A stretch of 64,000 bases of DNA from an uncultured Planctomycetaceae bacterium (GCA_963813715.1 CAWFAK010000005.1:64001-128000); one strand, 5' to 3'; numbered from the stretch's first letter, positions 41,144 to 52,739 are shown. The notes: generated from the sequence alone by a model not told the origin. Numbers and translations are program-made.

Positions 41144-42321
41144 TTAGCGGCCCGCCAACGCGGGCTCTGCGCCGCGCATCAGCGTCCGAAATTCTTCGAA
41201 GAGATAGTGGCTGTCGTGCGGACCGGCGGAGGCCTCCGGATGGTACTGCACGCTGAAGGCCGGGAAATCGCGGTGCCGCAGCCCCTCGACGGTTTGATCG
41301 TTCAGGTTGACGTGCGTGATCTCGACGCGGTCGGAGAACGAATTCGCATCGAGCGCGAACCCGTGGTTCTGACTGGTGATTTCGACTCGGTTCGCCCGGC
41401 GGTTCAGGACCGGCTGGTTGGCGCCCCGGTGTCCGAACTTCAACTTATAGATGGTGCCGCCGCAGGCCATTCCCAACAGCTGATGCCCCAAGCAAATGCC
41501 GAAGATCGGCGTTTTGCCCATCAGCCCCTGAATAGCCGTCACCGCGTAATTGAGCGGGCGCGGATCGCCGGGACCATTGGACAAGAACACGCCGTCCGGA
41601 TTGAGGGCCAGAATCTCGTCCGCCGTGCTCGTACCCGGGACGATCGTGACGCGACAACCGAGCGAACGCAGGTGTCGCGGGATGTTCCATTTCATGCCGT
41701 AATCGACGGCAACGACGTGCAACGGTCGCTCGGCATCGCCGTCCTGGGGCGACGCTTGGGGCGTCTTGCCGTCGAGCGGCCGAAAGCCGAGACCGAGCGA
41801 CGACAGTCCGTCCTGCCACTCGGACGACGCCTCGGGCATGACCTCACGGATGAGATCCTGGCCGACCAGCTCGGGGCTGGACTGGGCTTTGCGGACAAGG
41901 CTGGCATCGTCGAGATCGCTCGTCGACAGCACGCCGGTCATCGCGCCTTGCACCCGAATCCGCCGCACGAGAGCCCGTGTGTCGATTCCTTCGAGGCCGA
42001 TGATGCCGGCTTCGCGGAGGTAGTCGTCGAGTGATTTGTTCGCGCGGAAGTTGCTCGGCTCGCGGCACAGCTCGCGGACGATAAAGCCCCGCAGCGACAG
42101 TCCGCGGCTCTCGACGTCTTCCAGATTGACCCCGTAATTGCCGATCAGCGGGTACGTCATCGTGACGATTTGCCCGCAGTACGAGGGGTCAGTGAGGATT
42201 TCCTGGTAGCCGGTCATGCTCGTGTTGAACACGACCTCGCCAAAAACTTCCCCCTGCGCGCAAAGCCGATGCCGGTGAAGACGGTGCCGTCGGCCAGTGC
42301 AAGTTTTGCCGGATGAGGCAT
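41144..42321 (-). CDS. carA: Carbamoyl-phosphate synthase small subunit (apparent frameshift near 42261)
   Basis: AKLALADGTVF, FNTSMTGYQE, SNGPGDP, GICLGHQ, QYHPEASAGPHD. Confidence 0.95.
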
Positions 42322-42453
42322 GCGTTTTTTTGTAGCAGAGCCCCGGAGCAAAGAAAAGCGACGGTCGGCGGCCTTCGGAGTCTCTGCGCTGCCGCCCGCG
42401 TCTCGCGCGGTTTGGCCTGAGAGTTCTCGCTCCGGTAGCTTCGAGCGACGGGC

Positions 42454-42900
42454 TTATTGCTCGTGCGTGACGACGAACTCGTCAAAGCGGAGCTGTCCTT
42501 TGCCCCGATCGCCGATGCTCGTCAGCAGTTGCTCCATCAACCCGCGGAACCGGGACTGCCTCACGGAGTAAAAGTTGTGCTTGCCGTCGCGGCGCGCCTT
42601 GATCAATCCGGCCACGCGGAGCAGGGCGAGGTGATGGCTGACCGCTGGCTGGCTCTGGCCCAGGCGATCGCAGAGCGCGGTGACGTGCAACTCGCCCTCG
42701 CGGGTGAGGTAGACGAGAATCCGCAGCCGCGTTTCGTCGGAGAGGAGCTTGAAGACCTGGACCAGCTCCTTTTCCAGTTCGCTCGACAGTTCGGGAAACC
42801 GGGATTCGGACTCGCGGACTGCGGCAACGGGATTGACGGCTGACGGATGGACGGCCGATACGTGCTCGGTCGCCGGGGCTTCGATCAGATTGGTGGTCAT
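42454..42900 (-). CDS. ArsR/SmtB family transcriptional regulator
   Basis: FKLLSDETRLRIL, SQPAVSHHLALLR, RRDGKHNFY. Confidence 0.9.
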   Translation of the reverse strand: MTTNLIEAPATEHVSAVHPSAVNPVAAVRESESRFPELSSELEKELVQVFKLLSDETRLRILVYLTREGELHVTALCDRLGQSQPAVSHHLALLRVAGLIKARRDGKHNFYSVRQSRFRGLMEQLLTSIGDRGKGQLRFDEFVVTHEQ

Positions 42901-43594
42901 CGGTTCTTCTGGACTCTCTTTCGCAGGCTCATCGCGGCCGTCCCGTCGGGCATGCTGGGCCGGTCGAGAATCGTCTGCCAACGGTGCAATCCTTTCGTGA
43001 GCCGTGGCTTAAAAGGCGATTGCGCCCCAAGCACCGGCGGCTTCCCACAGCGGAAGCCGACTCAGCTTCAGTCCTTGAAATCCCGAGTCAAATAACTGAT
43101 GCACGTCGCGAAAATGAACGACTCCGTTTGATTCGCTGGAACTGCCGCCGGAACGCCGAGCTCTCCCGGAACGAACGGAACCCGGGACGAACACGTATCC
43201 GCGTCAATGCGAAAACCGGAACCGACGGACCATTTCGTCGAATTGGTCGAAACGACCGAGAGACAGGATCAACGGGAGATGTAGAATCTCACGCCAGACG
43301 TCCGGGAGAATCGCCACAAATGCAAGACCGACTTGCCGCAACAGCGCTCTTTCGTCCGTGCGTCTGGGGCCTATTATGGCAGTCTCCAAATCGGTCGTCA
43401 ATGATTGTCCGACGAATTTGCGAACGTCGTTTTTCTGAGAAAACCGGCCAGAAATCCCGCAAAAACCGTAAGGCCGACGAACTCGAAAAAGCCCGGCGTC
43501 GGGCAGTTTTGTCGCTCGTGACACAAGCCGGCCATGGCTTTACGAGATAAGATTCACACTGGTTGATTCGAGTTCCCCGGTCAATCGGAATCCG

Positions 43595-44341
43595 ATGGAC
43601 AAACAGCTGCGATTGGAGATCCTTCCCCAGCCGGACCACTTGACGTGCGGCCCGACCTGCTTGCAAGCCGTCTATCGCTTTTTTGGCGACTCGATTTCTC
43701 TCAACCAGGTCGTCGACGAAATCCCCCAGCTCGAGGACGGGGGCACGCTGGCCGTCGTGATGGCCTGCCACGCGCTCAAGCGGGGCTATAGCGCCACGAT
43801 TGTCACGTACAACGTGCAGGTGTTCGATCCGACCTGGTTCAAGTCGAGTGCCCCGCCGCTGGCCGAACGACTCGACGCTCAGCGCCAGGTCGCCGACTCG
43901 TCGAAGGTCCAGCTCGCGTGCCGTGAATATCTGGACTTTCTGCACCTGGGCGGTAAACTTCGCATGGAAGATCTGACCAGCGAGCTGATCCGGAGGTTTT
44001 TGAAGAATTCGACGCCGATTCTTACCGGTTTGAGCGCCACGTATCTGTATCGCGCGAAGCGCGAGCTGGGACGGGACTCGGTTCCGGACGACGTGCGCGG
44101 GTTCCCGGTCGGTCACTTTGTCGTGCTCTGCGGCTACGATCAGTCGAACCGCACGGTGCTGCTGGCTGATCCGCTTCACCCCAACCCCCTCGGCAACGAA
44201 CAAACTTACGCCCTGGGAATCGACCGCGTTAAAAACGCCATTCTGCTGGGGATCGTGACGCACGACGCGAATCTGCTAATCATCGAGCCACGGACGAATC
44301 GCAAGCGAGTACCGAGTGCGGATTCTCATCATCGCGAATAG
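43595..44341 (+). CDS. Papain-fold C39-like cysteine peptidase
   Basis: QPDHLTCGPTCL (Gln/Cys), GHFVVLCGYD (His), LADP (Asp). Confidence 0.8.
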   Translation: MDKQLRLEILPQPDHLTCGPTCLQAVYRFFGDSISLNQVVDEIPQLEDGGTLAVVMACHALKRGYSATIVTYNVQVFDPTWFKSSAPPLAERLDAQRQVADSSKVQLACREYLDFLHLGGKLRMEDLTSELIRRFLKNSTPILTGLSATYLYRAKRELGRDSVPDDVRGFPVGHFVVLCGYDQSNRTVLLADPLHPNPLGNEQTYALGIDRVKNAILLGIVTHDANLLIIEPRTNRKRVPSADSHHRE

Positions 44342-45786
44342 CCATAAGGAATGGCCGTTTCGCATCCCCGACGTGGACGTTGTGGACGCCCGGGCTTATC
44401 TCACCCAGCCCGAGTTCAGCGAAGGCCGCAACGTCAAGGTCTTCAACCTCTGCAAGTCGTACCGCTATCAGACGGTCGGCTACTACGTCTCGCTGTTGGC
44501 CGAGGCCCGCGGCCACAAGCCGCTGCCCAGCATTACGACGCTGCAAGATCTCCGCTCGCAGGCGATGATGCGGATTGTCTCCGAAGAGCTGGAAGACCTG
44601 ATCCAGCACAGCCTCGGGCCGATTCAATCCGAGCGGTTCACACTGAGCATCTACTTCGGGCGGAACCTGGCCAAGCGCTACGAACGCCTCAGTCTGCATC
44701 TCTTCAACCTGTTTCAGTCGCCCCTGCTGCGAGTGCAGTTCAAGCGCTATAAGAAGTGGGTGATCCGCAACGTGGCCACGATCGCGGCCAGCGAAGTGCC
44801 GGAGGGGCACTGGCCGTTCGTGCTGGAGGTGGCCCGCCAGTATTTCGAGGGTCGCCGCGGCGCCCAGCGCAAGCGGGCCCGCATGCGCTACGACCTGGCC
44901 ATTTTGCACGACCCGGACGAAGCCGAGCCCCCCTCCGGGCCCGACGCGCTCAAGAAATTCATCCGCGCGGCCGAGAGCCTGGGTGTGCGAGCCGAGTTGA
45001 TCACGCGGGACGACTATGCCCGCATCGCCGAGTTCGATTCGCTCTTCATCCGCGAAACGACGGCCGTCAACCACCACACGTATCGCTTTGCCAGCCGCGC
45101 TTCGAGCGAAGGCCTGGTCGTCATCGACGACCCGGTGTCGATCGTTCGCTGCACCAACAAGGTTTATCTCGCCGAGCTGCTGAGCCGGCACGACATCCCC
45201 ACGCCCAAGACCGTGGTCATCCATCGCGACAATGCCGAACGACTGCGTGAGGGAATTGGGGTTCCCGCTGGTGCTCAAGCGGCCCGACAGCTCGTTCTCC
45301 CGCGGCGTCGTCAAGGTGGCCACGCCGGCGGAACTCCACACGCAGCTCGAGCAGCTCTTCGAGGATTCCGATCTGCTCGTCGCGCAGGAATTCCTGCCGA
45401 CCACGTTCGACTGGCGAATCGGCATTCTCAACCGCAAGCCGATCTTCGCCTGCAAATACTTTATGGCCGCCGACCACTGGCAGATCGTTCGTACGGACGT
45501 CAACGGTGACGGCCGTTATGGAAAGTCCGAGACGATTCCGGTCGAGCTGGCACCGCGGCGGGCGGTGAGCGCGGCCCTCAAGGCGGCCAACCTCATCGGT
45601 GACGGGCTGTACGGCGTCGACGTGAAGGAGTCGAACAAGAAGTTCTACGTGATCGAGGTCAACGACAATCCGAATATCGACGTCGGTGTGGAGGACGCCG
45701 TGCTGCGCGACGAAGTCTACAACCGCATCATGGAAGTCTTTCTGGACCGCATCGAACGCAGCAAAGCGGGAATTGGCGCCACATGA
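44316..45786 (+). CDS. RimK-like ATP-grasp ligase with RLAN N-terminal domain (apparent frameshift near 45252)
   Basis: NLCKSYRYQTVGYYVSLLAEARGH, LFIRETT, CTNKVYL, SSFSRGV, QEFLPT, YGVDVK, IEVNDNP. Confidence 0.87.
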
Positions 45787-47046
45787 GCTCGGCCGAACCG
45801 TTCCACCTGTTTCAGGCGTTCGGCGTCGAGCTGGAGTACATGATCGTCGATGCGAAATCGCTCGACGTGCGGCCGATCACCGATCGGGTGCTGCAAGCGG
45901 TGGCCGGGGAAATCACGTCCGACTTTGTTGATGGTGAGATCACCTGGTCGAACGAGCTGACCGCGCATGTCATCGAGGTCAAGACCACCGACCCGCGCCG
46001 TCTTTCGATTCTTTGCCCCAGGCTTTTCACGACAGCGTGAAGCGCATCAACGCCGTGCTGGAGCCGTTGGGGGCGCGGCTGATGCCCTCGGCCATGCACC
46101 CCTGGATGGACCCGCACCGCGAGATGGTGCTCTGGCCGCACGAAAACAGCTCGATCTACGAGGCGTTCAATCGCATCTTCGATTGCCGCGGGCATGGCTG
46201 GGCCAACCTGCAGGCCGTCCATTTGAATCTTCCCTTCAGCGGCGATGCCGAGTTCGCCCGGCTGCACGCGGCGATTCGCGTGCTGCTCCCCTTGTTGCCG
46301 GCACTCGCAGCCAGCTCTCCCTTTATGGACGGCAAGGCGGCGGGCCTGCTCGACGCGCGACTGTCAGTCTATCAACAGAATTGTCGACGTATTCCGGCGG
46401 CGACCGGCCGCGTCGTGCCGGAGCCCGTTTTCTCGTCGGCCGAATATCATCGGCTGATTCTCGAACCGCTTTACGCGGACGTCGCGCCCTTCGATGCCGA
46501 AGGCGTGCTTCAGGACGAATGGCTCAACTCCCGCGGCGCCATCGCCCGCTTCGGCCGGGGAACCATTGAAATCCGCGTGCTCGACGTGCAGGAGTGTCCC
46601 CAAGCCGACGTCGCCATCTGCGCGCTGATCACCGACGTGCTCGAAGCGCTGACGACCGGCAAATGGGGAGACCCCGCTCAACTCGAGACCTGGCAGACCG
46701 AAACGTTGTACGGTTCGCTGCAGAACACAATCCGCAATGCCGACCGGGCCATCGTCAACGACGCCGACTATCGGCGGCTGTTCGGCTTCCCAGGACATCA
46801 GGCGGTCACGGCGGGCGAGATTTGGCGACATCTGGCGAGTGCCGTTGATCGACAGGCGCGCTCGCGGCACAGCAACATTCGTCCGGCTCTGGAGACGCTG
46901 CTCGAGCAGGGCCCGCTGGCGCGGCGGATTCTGACGTCCGTGGGGCCCGATCCTTGCGCGAGCGGTTGGCGACCGTCTATCGCGAGCTGTGCGATTGCCT
47001 GGCGGCCGGCCGGATGTTCCTGGGCAAGGACGTGGCTGCGACTTGA
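45783..47046 (+). CDS. Glutamate-cysteine ligase family 2 (GCS2/YbdK-like) carboxylate-amine ligase (apparent frameshifts near 45995 and 46953)
   Basis: FGVELEYMIVD, HVIEVKT, AMHP, VHLNL, ASSPF, IEIRVLD; ATGA overlap with the upstream gene. Confidence 0.83.
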
Positions 47047-47768
47047 ACGACTTCGTCATCGTGACGTGCGAACACGGCGGCAACCGCGTTCCGGCGGCCT
47101 ATGCCCGGCTGTTCCGTCCGCATCGCGAGTTGCTGCAAAGTCACCGCGGCCATGATCCGGGCGCTCTCGACCTGGCCCGCGCCTGCGCTCGCCGGCTGGG
47201 CGCGCCGCTGCACTTTGCGACGATCACGCGGCTGCTGGTCGAGCTCAATCGCTCTTCGACCCACCGGGCCCTTTTCTCGTCGATCACAAAGTCGCTCCCG
47301 CCCGACGTCCGCGCCTCGCTGGTTGAGAAGTACTACCTCCCTTATCGCCGTGAGGTCACGGCCGACATGGCGCGAGCGATTGCGGCCGGCCACCGCGCGG
47401 TTCACTTCTCGATGCACACCTTCACTCCCGTGCTCGACGGCACCGAGCGCCGTGCCGATGTCGGGTTGCTCTACGATCCGCGGCGTCCGGGCGAAGCGGC
47501 CCTCTGTGCGGCACTGCGTCGTGTTCTGCTATCGCGGCGTCCCGATCTGATCGTTCGCATGAACTACCCCTACCAGGGGAAAGCGGACGGCTTCACCACG
47601 GCTCTGCGGAAGAGCTGGCAGGCGATGGCCTACGTCGGCATCGAAATCGAAATCAACCAGAAGTGGCCGCTAGGTAAGCGAGGCGCGTGGCGACGGCTCG
47701 TGCGCGACGTGTCGCAGGCGATCGAAACGGTCGTGCGGCCGTCCGCACATCCGGGCCCGAGCCGTTAA
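47043..47768 (+). CDS. N-formylglutamate amidohydrolase family protein
   Basis: VTCEHGGN, HDPGA, RLLVELNR, SMHTFTP, NYPY, IEIEINQ; TTG start overlaps the upstream stop. Confidence 0.85.
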   Translation: MNDFVIVTCEHGGNRVPAAYARLFRPHRELLQSHRGHDPGALDLARACARRLGAPLHFATITRLLVELNRSSTHRALFSSITKSLPPDVRASLVEKYYLPYRREVTADMARAIAAGHRAVHFSMHTFTPVLDGTERRADVGLLYDPRRPGEAALCAALRRVLLSRRPDLIVRMNYPYQGKADGFTTALRKSWQAMAYVGIEIEINQKWPLGKRGAWRRLVRDVSQAIETVVRPSAHPGPSR

Positions 47769-47777
47769 ACTCGTGCC

Positions 47778-48951
47778 ATGAAGGTGAAGTCCCGGCCCGA
47801 GGATTTTCGCGTCGAAGAATTGGCCGAGCCGCGCTTGGACGGCGGCCCCTTCGCGCTTTATCGCCTGGAAAAACAGTCGATCGGCACACCCGAGGCGATC
47901 GACGCGATCTGTCACGCCTGGCGGCTGCGGCGGGAAGCGGTTGGCATCGGCGGCCTCAAAGATCGTCACGCCGTCACGACACAGTTCGTCTCGATCGAGG
48001 CGGGCCCGCGGCGGCCGCTGGCCCAAAAGAGTTTTTCACTTGCCTACCTCGGTCAGACGTCGCGCGAGTTCACCTCCAAGGACATTCTGGCGAACCGATT
48101 CGAGATCGTGCTGCGTGATCTCGCGCCGAGCGCGGCGGAGGCCATCGTTCGCGAACTCCCGAGCGTGATCGCCGACGGCGTGCCGAACTATTTCGACGAT
48201 CAACGGTTCGGCTCGGTTGGCGAATCGGGCGATTTCATCGCCCGCCCCTGGTGCCTGGGAGATTACGAACGCACGCTCTGGCTGGCCATCGCCGAAGCCA
48301 ACGAGCACGACCGGGGCGACGTCCGCGACGAAAAGCGCTTCTTCCGCGAGCGTTGGGGTGACTGGCCCGCTTGTCGTCACGCGGCCGTCCGACCCGTCAG
48401 TCGCGCAGTCTTCGAGCGATTATGCCGTCAGCCGACCGATTTTCGCGGAGCGTTTGTCCGCATTCCCCAGCCCGATCGACGGATGTACCTCGGCGCGTTT
48501 CAAAGCGCGATTTGGAACCGCATCCTGGCCGAAACGATCCGCCTGGCAGTCGATGAGGCTGAACTGTTCGAGGTCGAAATCGCCCGCCAGCGTTTGCCAT
48601 TTTATCGGGCCCTGACTCCGTCGACCGCCGCGGAGACTCTTGCCCAGCCACTCCCGTTGCCATCGGCCCGTGAGCGCCAGGAATTGGGTCCGCGTGCCGA
48701 ATTCTACGATCGCGTGGCGGCCGAGTTCGGCCTGGAGTGCCGCACGCTCCGCGTCAAATACCCCCGCGACAGCTTCTTTTCGCGAGGCAGCCGTGCGGCC
48801 GTGTTTCAGCCACAGTCTCTCTCGCCGACGGTCGGCGAGGACGAGTTGGCCGAACGGACGGGGCCAGAACGCCGCAAAATCACCCTGCGCTTCGACTTGC
48901 CCCCCGGATGTTATGCGACCGTTCTTGATTAAGCGGGTGACCGCTTCCTAG
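47778..48951 (+). CDS. truD: tRNA pseudouridine(13) synthase (apparent frameshift near 48925)
   Basis: KSRPEDFRVEE, GLKDRHAVT, NRFEIVLR, PNYFDDQRFG, FDLPPGCYAT. Confidence 0.92.
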
Positions 48952-49076
48952 GAGATAACTGGGGCTTCGACTTCCGCCCTCGGCCGCCAGTGAGTACCAT
49001 AACTCCCCCGCCGAAGGTGATTTCGGCCCGGCAATCGACTGCCGCTCACTCAATTGTTGACGTAGAAGCTCGCGCC

Positions 49077-49163
49077 ATGAAACTCACGAAGAAGCAAAAA
49101 CGAAAGTTCCGCCGGCGCGCCAAGCTCCGTCAAACCTTGCGAGCACTCCGCAAGAGGAGCTGA
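49077..49163 (+). CDS. Putative 28-aa highly basic small protein
   Basis: MKLTKKQKRKFRRRAKLRQTLRALRKRS; 15 of 28 residues are K/R; intergenic and not in the ORF track. Confidence 0.5.
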   Translation: MKLTKKQKRKFRRRAKLRQTLRALRKRS

Positions 49164-49243
49164 AGCAACTCGCTTCAGACGCCTGCAAAGCACGCTGTCA
49201 CAGAAGCCCACGGTCCGTGTGCGTCGCGAGCAGGCGCGTGCTG

Positions 49244-49885
49244 TCACCGACCGTCCGCCACCTTGGCGGTCAGGTAGCGTCTCGACACAAAGTCCGTGGC
49301 GCGTAGCGGGGCGTGGCAGTGGATGCACGACTGGGTATGGTCGGTCGTGACAATGGTCGCGTCGCTGTTCAAAACGAAGAACTGCCAGTCCCCAGCCTTC
49401 GTGTTATAGCCCTTCCCGCGTTTCAGCATTCCCGTAAACAACAGCGGTTTCGTGCCGGCGGCGTCCGCGAACTTTTCCTTGAGAATCACGGTGCCCAGGG
49501 GATAAAGGCCTTTGCCGGTCTTCATCGCGTCGGAACCGCGTGACGTGACAAACACGTGAATCCATTTCCCCTCGTGCGGATCCTGCGGATCTTTTTGCGG
49601 ATCAAATTGAGTGGCGGGCCGACACCCCCACGCGGCTATACTCGTGATCGGAAATGGTTCACGCGTGACGCGCACGAACTTATCCTCCCGGGCTGACTCC
49701 CCAGCGCCGATTTCGCGGAGCCGATACTTGATCGAGGCCAAAACCGCTTGGGGCAATTCCGTCTCCTCGGCGGACCGCTTCAGCGATTCCCCTGCAGCCG
49801 CACCTCGCGAAAGGGCAAGGACGAGCGAGAACACGGTGCCCGCAACTACGAGAGCAATCGCGCACAAGCCAACTTGGGTTCGCAT
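49244..49885 (-). CDS. Cytochrome P460 family protein
   Basis: Signal/TM segment, YPLGTVILKEK, MLKRGKGYNTKAGDWQF, C-terminal CIHCH followed by DFV. Confidence 0.8.
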   Translation of the reverse strand: MRTQVGLCAIALVVAGTVFSLVLALSRGAAAGESLKRSAEETELPQAVLASIKYRLREIGAGESAREDKFVRVTREPFPITSIAAWGCRPATQFDPQKDPQDPHEGKWIHVFVTSRGSDAMKTGKGLYPLGTVILKEKFADAAGTKPLLFTGMLKRGKGYNTKAGDWQFFVLNSDATIVTTDHTQSCIHCHAPLRATDFVSRRYLTAKVADGR

Positions 49886-50566
49886 AGGTTCAACCTTCGG
49901 GACTGGTCTGTCCCACCGAAAGAGGCGCTGCGACACTAGTCGCATATTCGACGCTCGGAGTTTGGATTTGGTTTCATGCGGATTGGGCATCCCCCAATTG
50001 CCGCAACAGCTCCAGCGAAAATATCCCCGAGCTGTGCCGAGCCCCCGGACCGTTTCTGAACGCGGTGGACCGAGCGGCCCGCAAAATTGGTACAAGAAAA
50101 TTGGTACGCCTATCTATCAGTTTTCAGTGTACCGACCCAATTTTGGTCCTGAACGACGGTTTTGTCATCCCGTCCCGGCTCTGCGACGACTCACCATTGC
50201 TCGGCATGGACCGACGGCGCATCGCTCCCGTCGCGAACGACGAAGATCGCCCTAGTTCGATTGAACCATGGTTTGCCGAATGGCCCAAGATCAGTTTTTT
50301 CGGCTTGTGGGAGCACCGGCTTCCGAAGAAGCAGCCGCTCGAGAATCCGTGAGGCTGTCCGGGAATTCTGAGGAAGCTTCGCGCCCGGCTCCGCCAAGCA
50401 TAGCGTGCGGCCCGCAAGAGGGGCCGACATCGGACCGCCCGATAATCGGCCGTAAAAACCGCTGGGCACCAGAGGGGTCGCACGTTCACCAAATGGCGTA
50501 TGCTTAATTCCCAACGGGCCGCTTCGACCATGCCGTTGTGCAGTCGCTCGGCGCTGCCGGCGAGTT

Positions 50567-52234
50567 TCACGGTTTGGCCCCAGTGCGGCGGCCGATGGAC
50601 GCGGTCGATCCGCTGGGCGTCGAGATCCCGTAGCGATAGTGGATGTAATCGATCAGGAATTTCTGGTACATCGGTGCGCCGGGTTGCGCTCCCCACGAGC
50701 GGCCCGACGTCGTGCTCCAGCAGTGCATGCCGAACTCCCCGATCTCGTAGCCCAGGTCTTTTTTCGTGTCGTAGATCTCGGAGAGAAACCACGGATCGGC
50801 CGATGTTGCGCGAAAGCCGAGCCGCACGTGCGAGGCGTCAATGCACTGGATCAACAGGCCCAGCGGCTTGTGCGCCAGAATCGATTCGGGGACCTCGCTG
50901 GGAAAACGGAGCCGGAACGTCGCGCCGGAAACGGTCGGTGCCGCTTCGCCTTGGGATCGTTTTCAACTCCCGGCGTCCACATGCCCCGCGACTTTCCCTG
51001 TTTGTCGATCACGATGAAATTCATCCAGTAGTTCCACGGCCCTGAATCGTCGGGCGGGATGAAGCTGGTCTCGATCTCCCAGGGGGGCGGATAGACGGAC
51101 AGATTGAGCGACGAACCGCCGGCCACGGCAAAGCCGGTGCCGATGTCGGGGCCCAAGAGTTTCAGCATCAAGTAGCCCGGATACGAGTGCGTGTCCATGA
51201 TCGTGCACTGCTCCTGGACCTGCCACTTGCCGAGATAGCCGACGATGTTGAAATCATCGGAGAGTTCCTCGAAGGGTCGCGGCGTCGAGCCCAAGAAAAC
51301 GCAATAGTCGACGTAATACTCGTACGCCGGGTTGGGCGGCTCCGGCTTGGGTGCATGGACCGTCGTCATTTGCGAGGCGCCGTTCCCCAAAAAGAGCGGA
51401 TGCGGGCCTTTCACCTGCGGCAGGTTGCGGCACAGGACGTCGGGGATCCACCGGTCCGCGGAGATGATCGGTCCGATCTCCCAGATTCCGGTAATCTTCC
51501 CGTATTCCGAGCAGTCGATCGTTCGCATGTTCCAGCCGTGCGACGCGTCGAACTTGATCCCGACTGCCAGCGACGTCGGGCTGCTCACCACGCAGCGAAA
51601 AAAGACCTGTGGGCTGGCGGGGCCCGCGTATCGGGCGCCGTCGCCGATCCATACGTAGGGAATCCGCCAATCGCCCATCACCGTGCGGCCCAAGTCGCCG
51701 CGGCCCCACACCAAATACGTTTCGGGATGCGGTTCGGTCGAGAACTGAGGCAAGCCGACCCCCGCCTCGCCCGTCGAGCCGAGGTGCACGTCGAGCAATT
51801 GAAACTCGTGCGTGTTGGGCGGCCGCTTGGTGCGGTCGCGGGGCCACGTCGACGGATCGGAAAACGTGACCGCCACGTTGAGCCCGATCGCCGCGTTGAC
51901 TTGCGTCTTGACGCCGACGCCGGCCGTCAGGTTGAAGCTTTGCACGAACGCAGTCTGAAATTCCCACGGCAGGCGGTACTCGCCGATGCCAATCGGCTTC
52001 TCAAGGATGCCTTTGACGTCGTGTCCGTGGCCGGCCTCGCGAATCATCGCCAGGCCGGGATGCTCTTCGGTCGAGAAGTCCTTGATGTTCTCTTTGGGCA
52101 CGAACATCCAGGGTGAGATCGACTTGCCCGGCTCGTCGAAGTGCTGGTTGAGGGCGGAAATCTCGCCCGCCGAGGCAGCGTGCGCCGACCAGTGCCGTCG
52201 CCATGATTCCGAACGCGAAGGTCCTGAAAGCCAT
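50567..52234 (-). CDS. Secreted hypothetical protein with internal duplication (apparent frameshifts near 52180 and 50930)
   Basis: Signal peptide in 52001..52237 continues into ORFs 50851..52107 and 50567..50854; two similar halves. Confidence 0.65.
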
Positions 52235-52236
52235 CA

Positions 52237-52545
52237 CTAGTCACCCAGTTGCCGCAACAGCTCGAGCGAATAGATTCCGGAGCTGTGGCCGTCGCTGAAG
52301 GAAATGGCGTAGGCGTAGTTCCCCACCGGCCGCATCGAGGCGGGTGCCAGGGGTCGCGCTTCGGCCGGCGAGAGCACGGCCAGCAGGGGTTGCGGCTTTG
52401 CCGGCTTGGAGCGCTCCATCCGGCAGGTCGCGCAGGGGCAGGCATCTCGCAGTTTTCGCCAGGAAATTCGCTGCGTCAGCCCATCGCTCCAGGTGATTTC
52501 CAGTGCGTCGCCGACGTTCTTTAAGTTCTGCGGTGCCAGGGTCAT
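52237..52545 (-). CDS. DUF971 / GBBH-like N-terminal domain protein
   Basis: LEITWSDG, LRDACPCATC, PVGNYAYAISFSDGHSSGIYS. Confidence 0.9.
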   Translation of the reverse strand: MTLAPQNLKNVGDALEITWSDGLTQRISWRKLRDACPCATCRMERSKPAKPQPLLAVLSPAEARPLAPASMRPVGNYAYAISFSDGHSSGIYSLELLRQLGD

Positions 52546-52635
52546 CGCGGGTCCGTTGTGGTGCCGTTCTCATTTAAGAACGAGAATCGCCTATCATTAT
52601 GTGCGACAATGCTTTGGAGCGGAACTGACCCTGCG

Positions 52636-52677
52636 AAAATTCCCGATGTCGGGAATTTTGACACATTTGATTGTCAA
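52636..52677. promoter_or_regulatory. Overlapping inverted repeats in the divergent suf/DUF971 promoter
   Basis: AAAATTCCCGA-TG-TCGGGAATTTT (52636-52659) and TTGACA-N8-TGTCAA (52658-52677). Confidence 0.6.
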
Positions 52678-52739
52678 TTAGAGGGTGGGTCCCTAAGATT
52701 GAGTGTCAACAGGGAGTTCCGGCTTCGCGGACAAGATTT

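Noticed and set aside
42901..43594. Long intergenic region with several GGAAC words, possible ncRNA or ECF promoters
   Set aside because: No consistent spacing, second promoter element or convincing structure; the ORFs here look non-coding.
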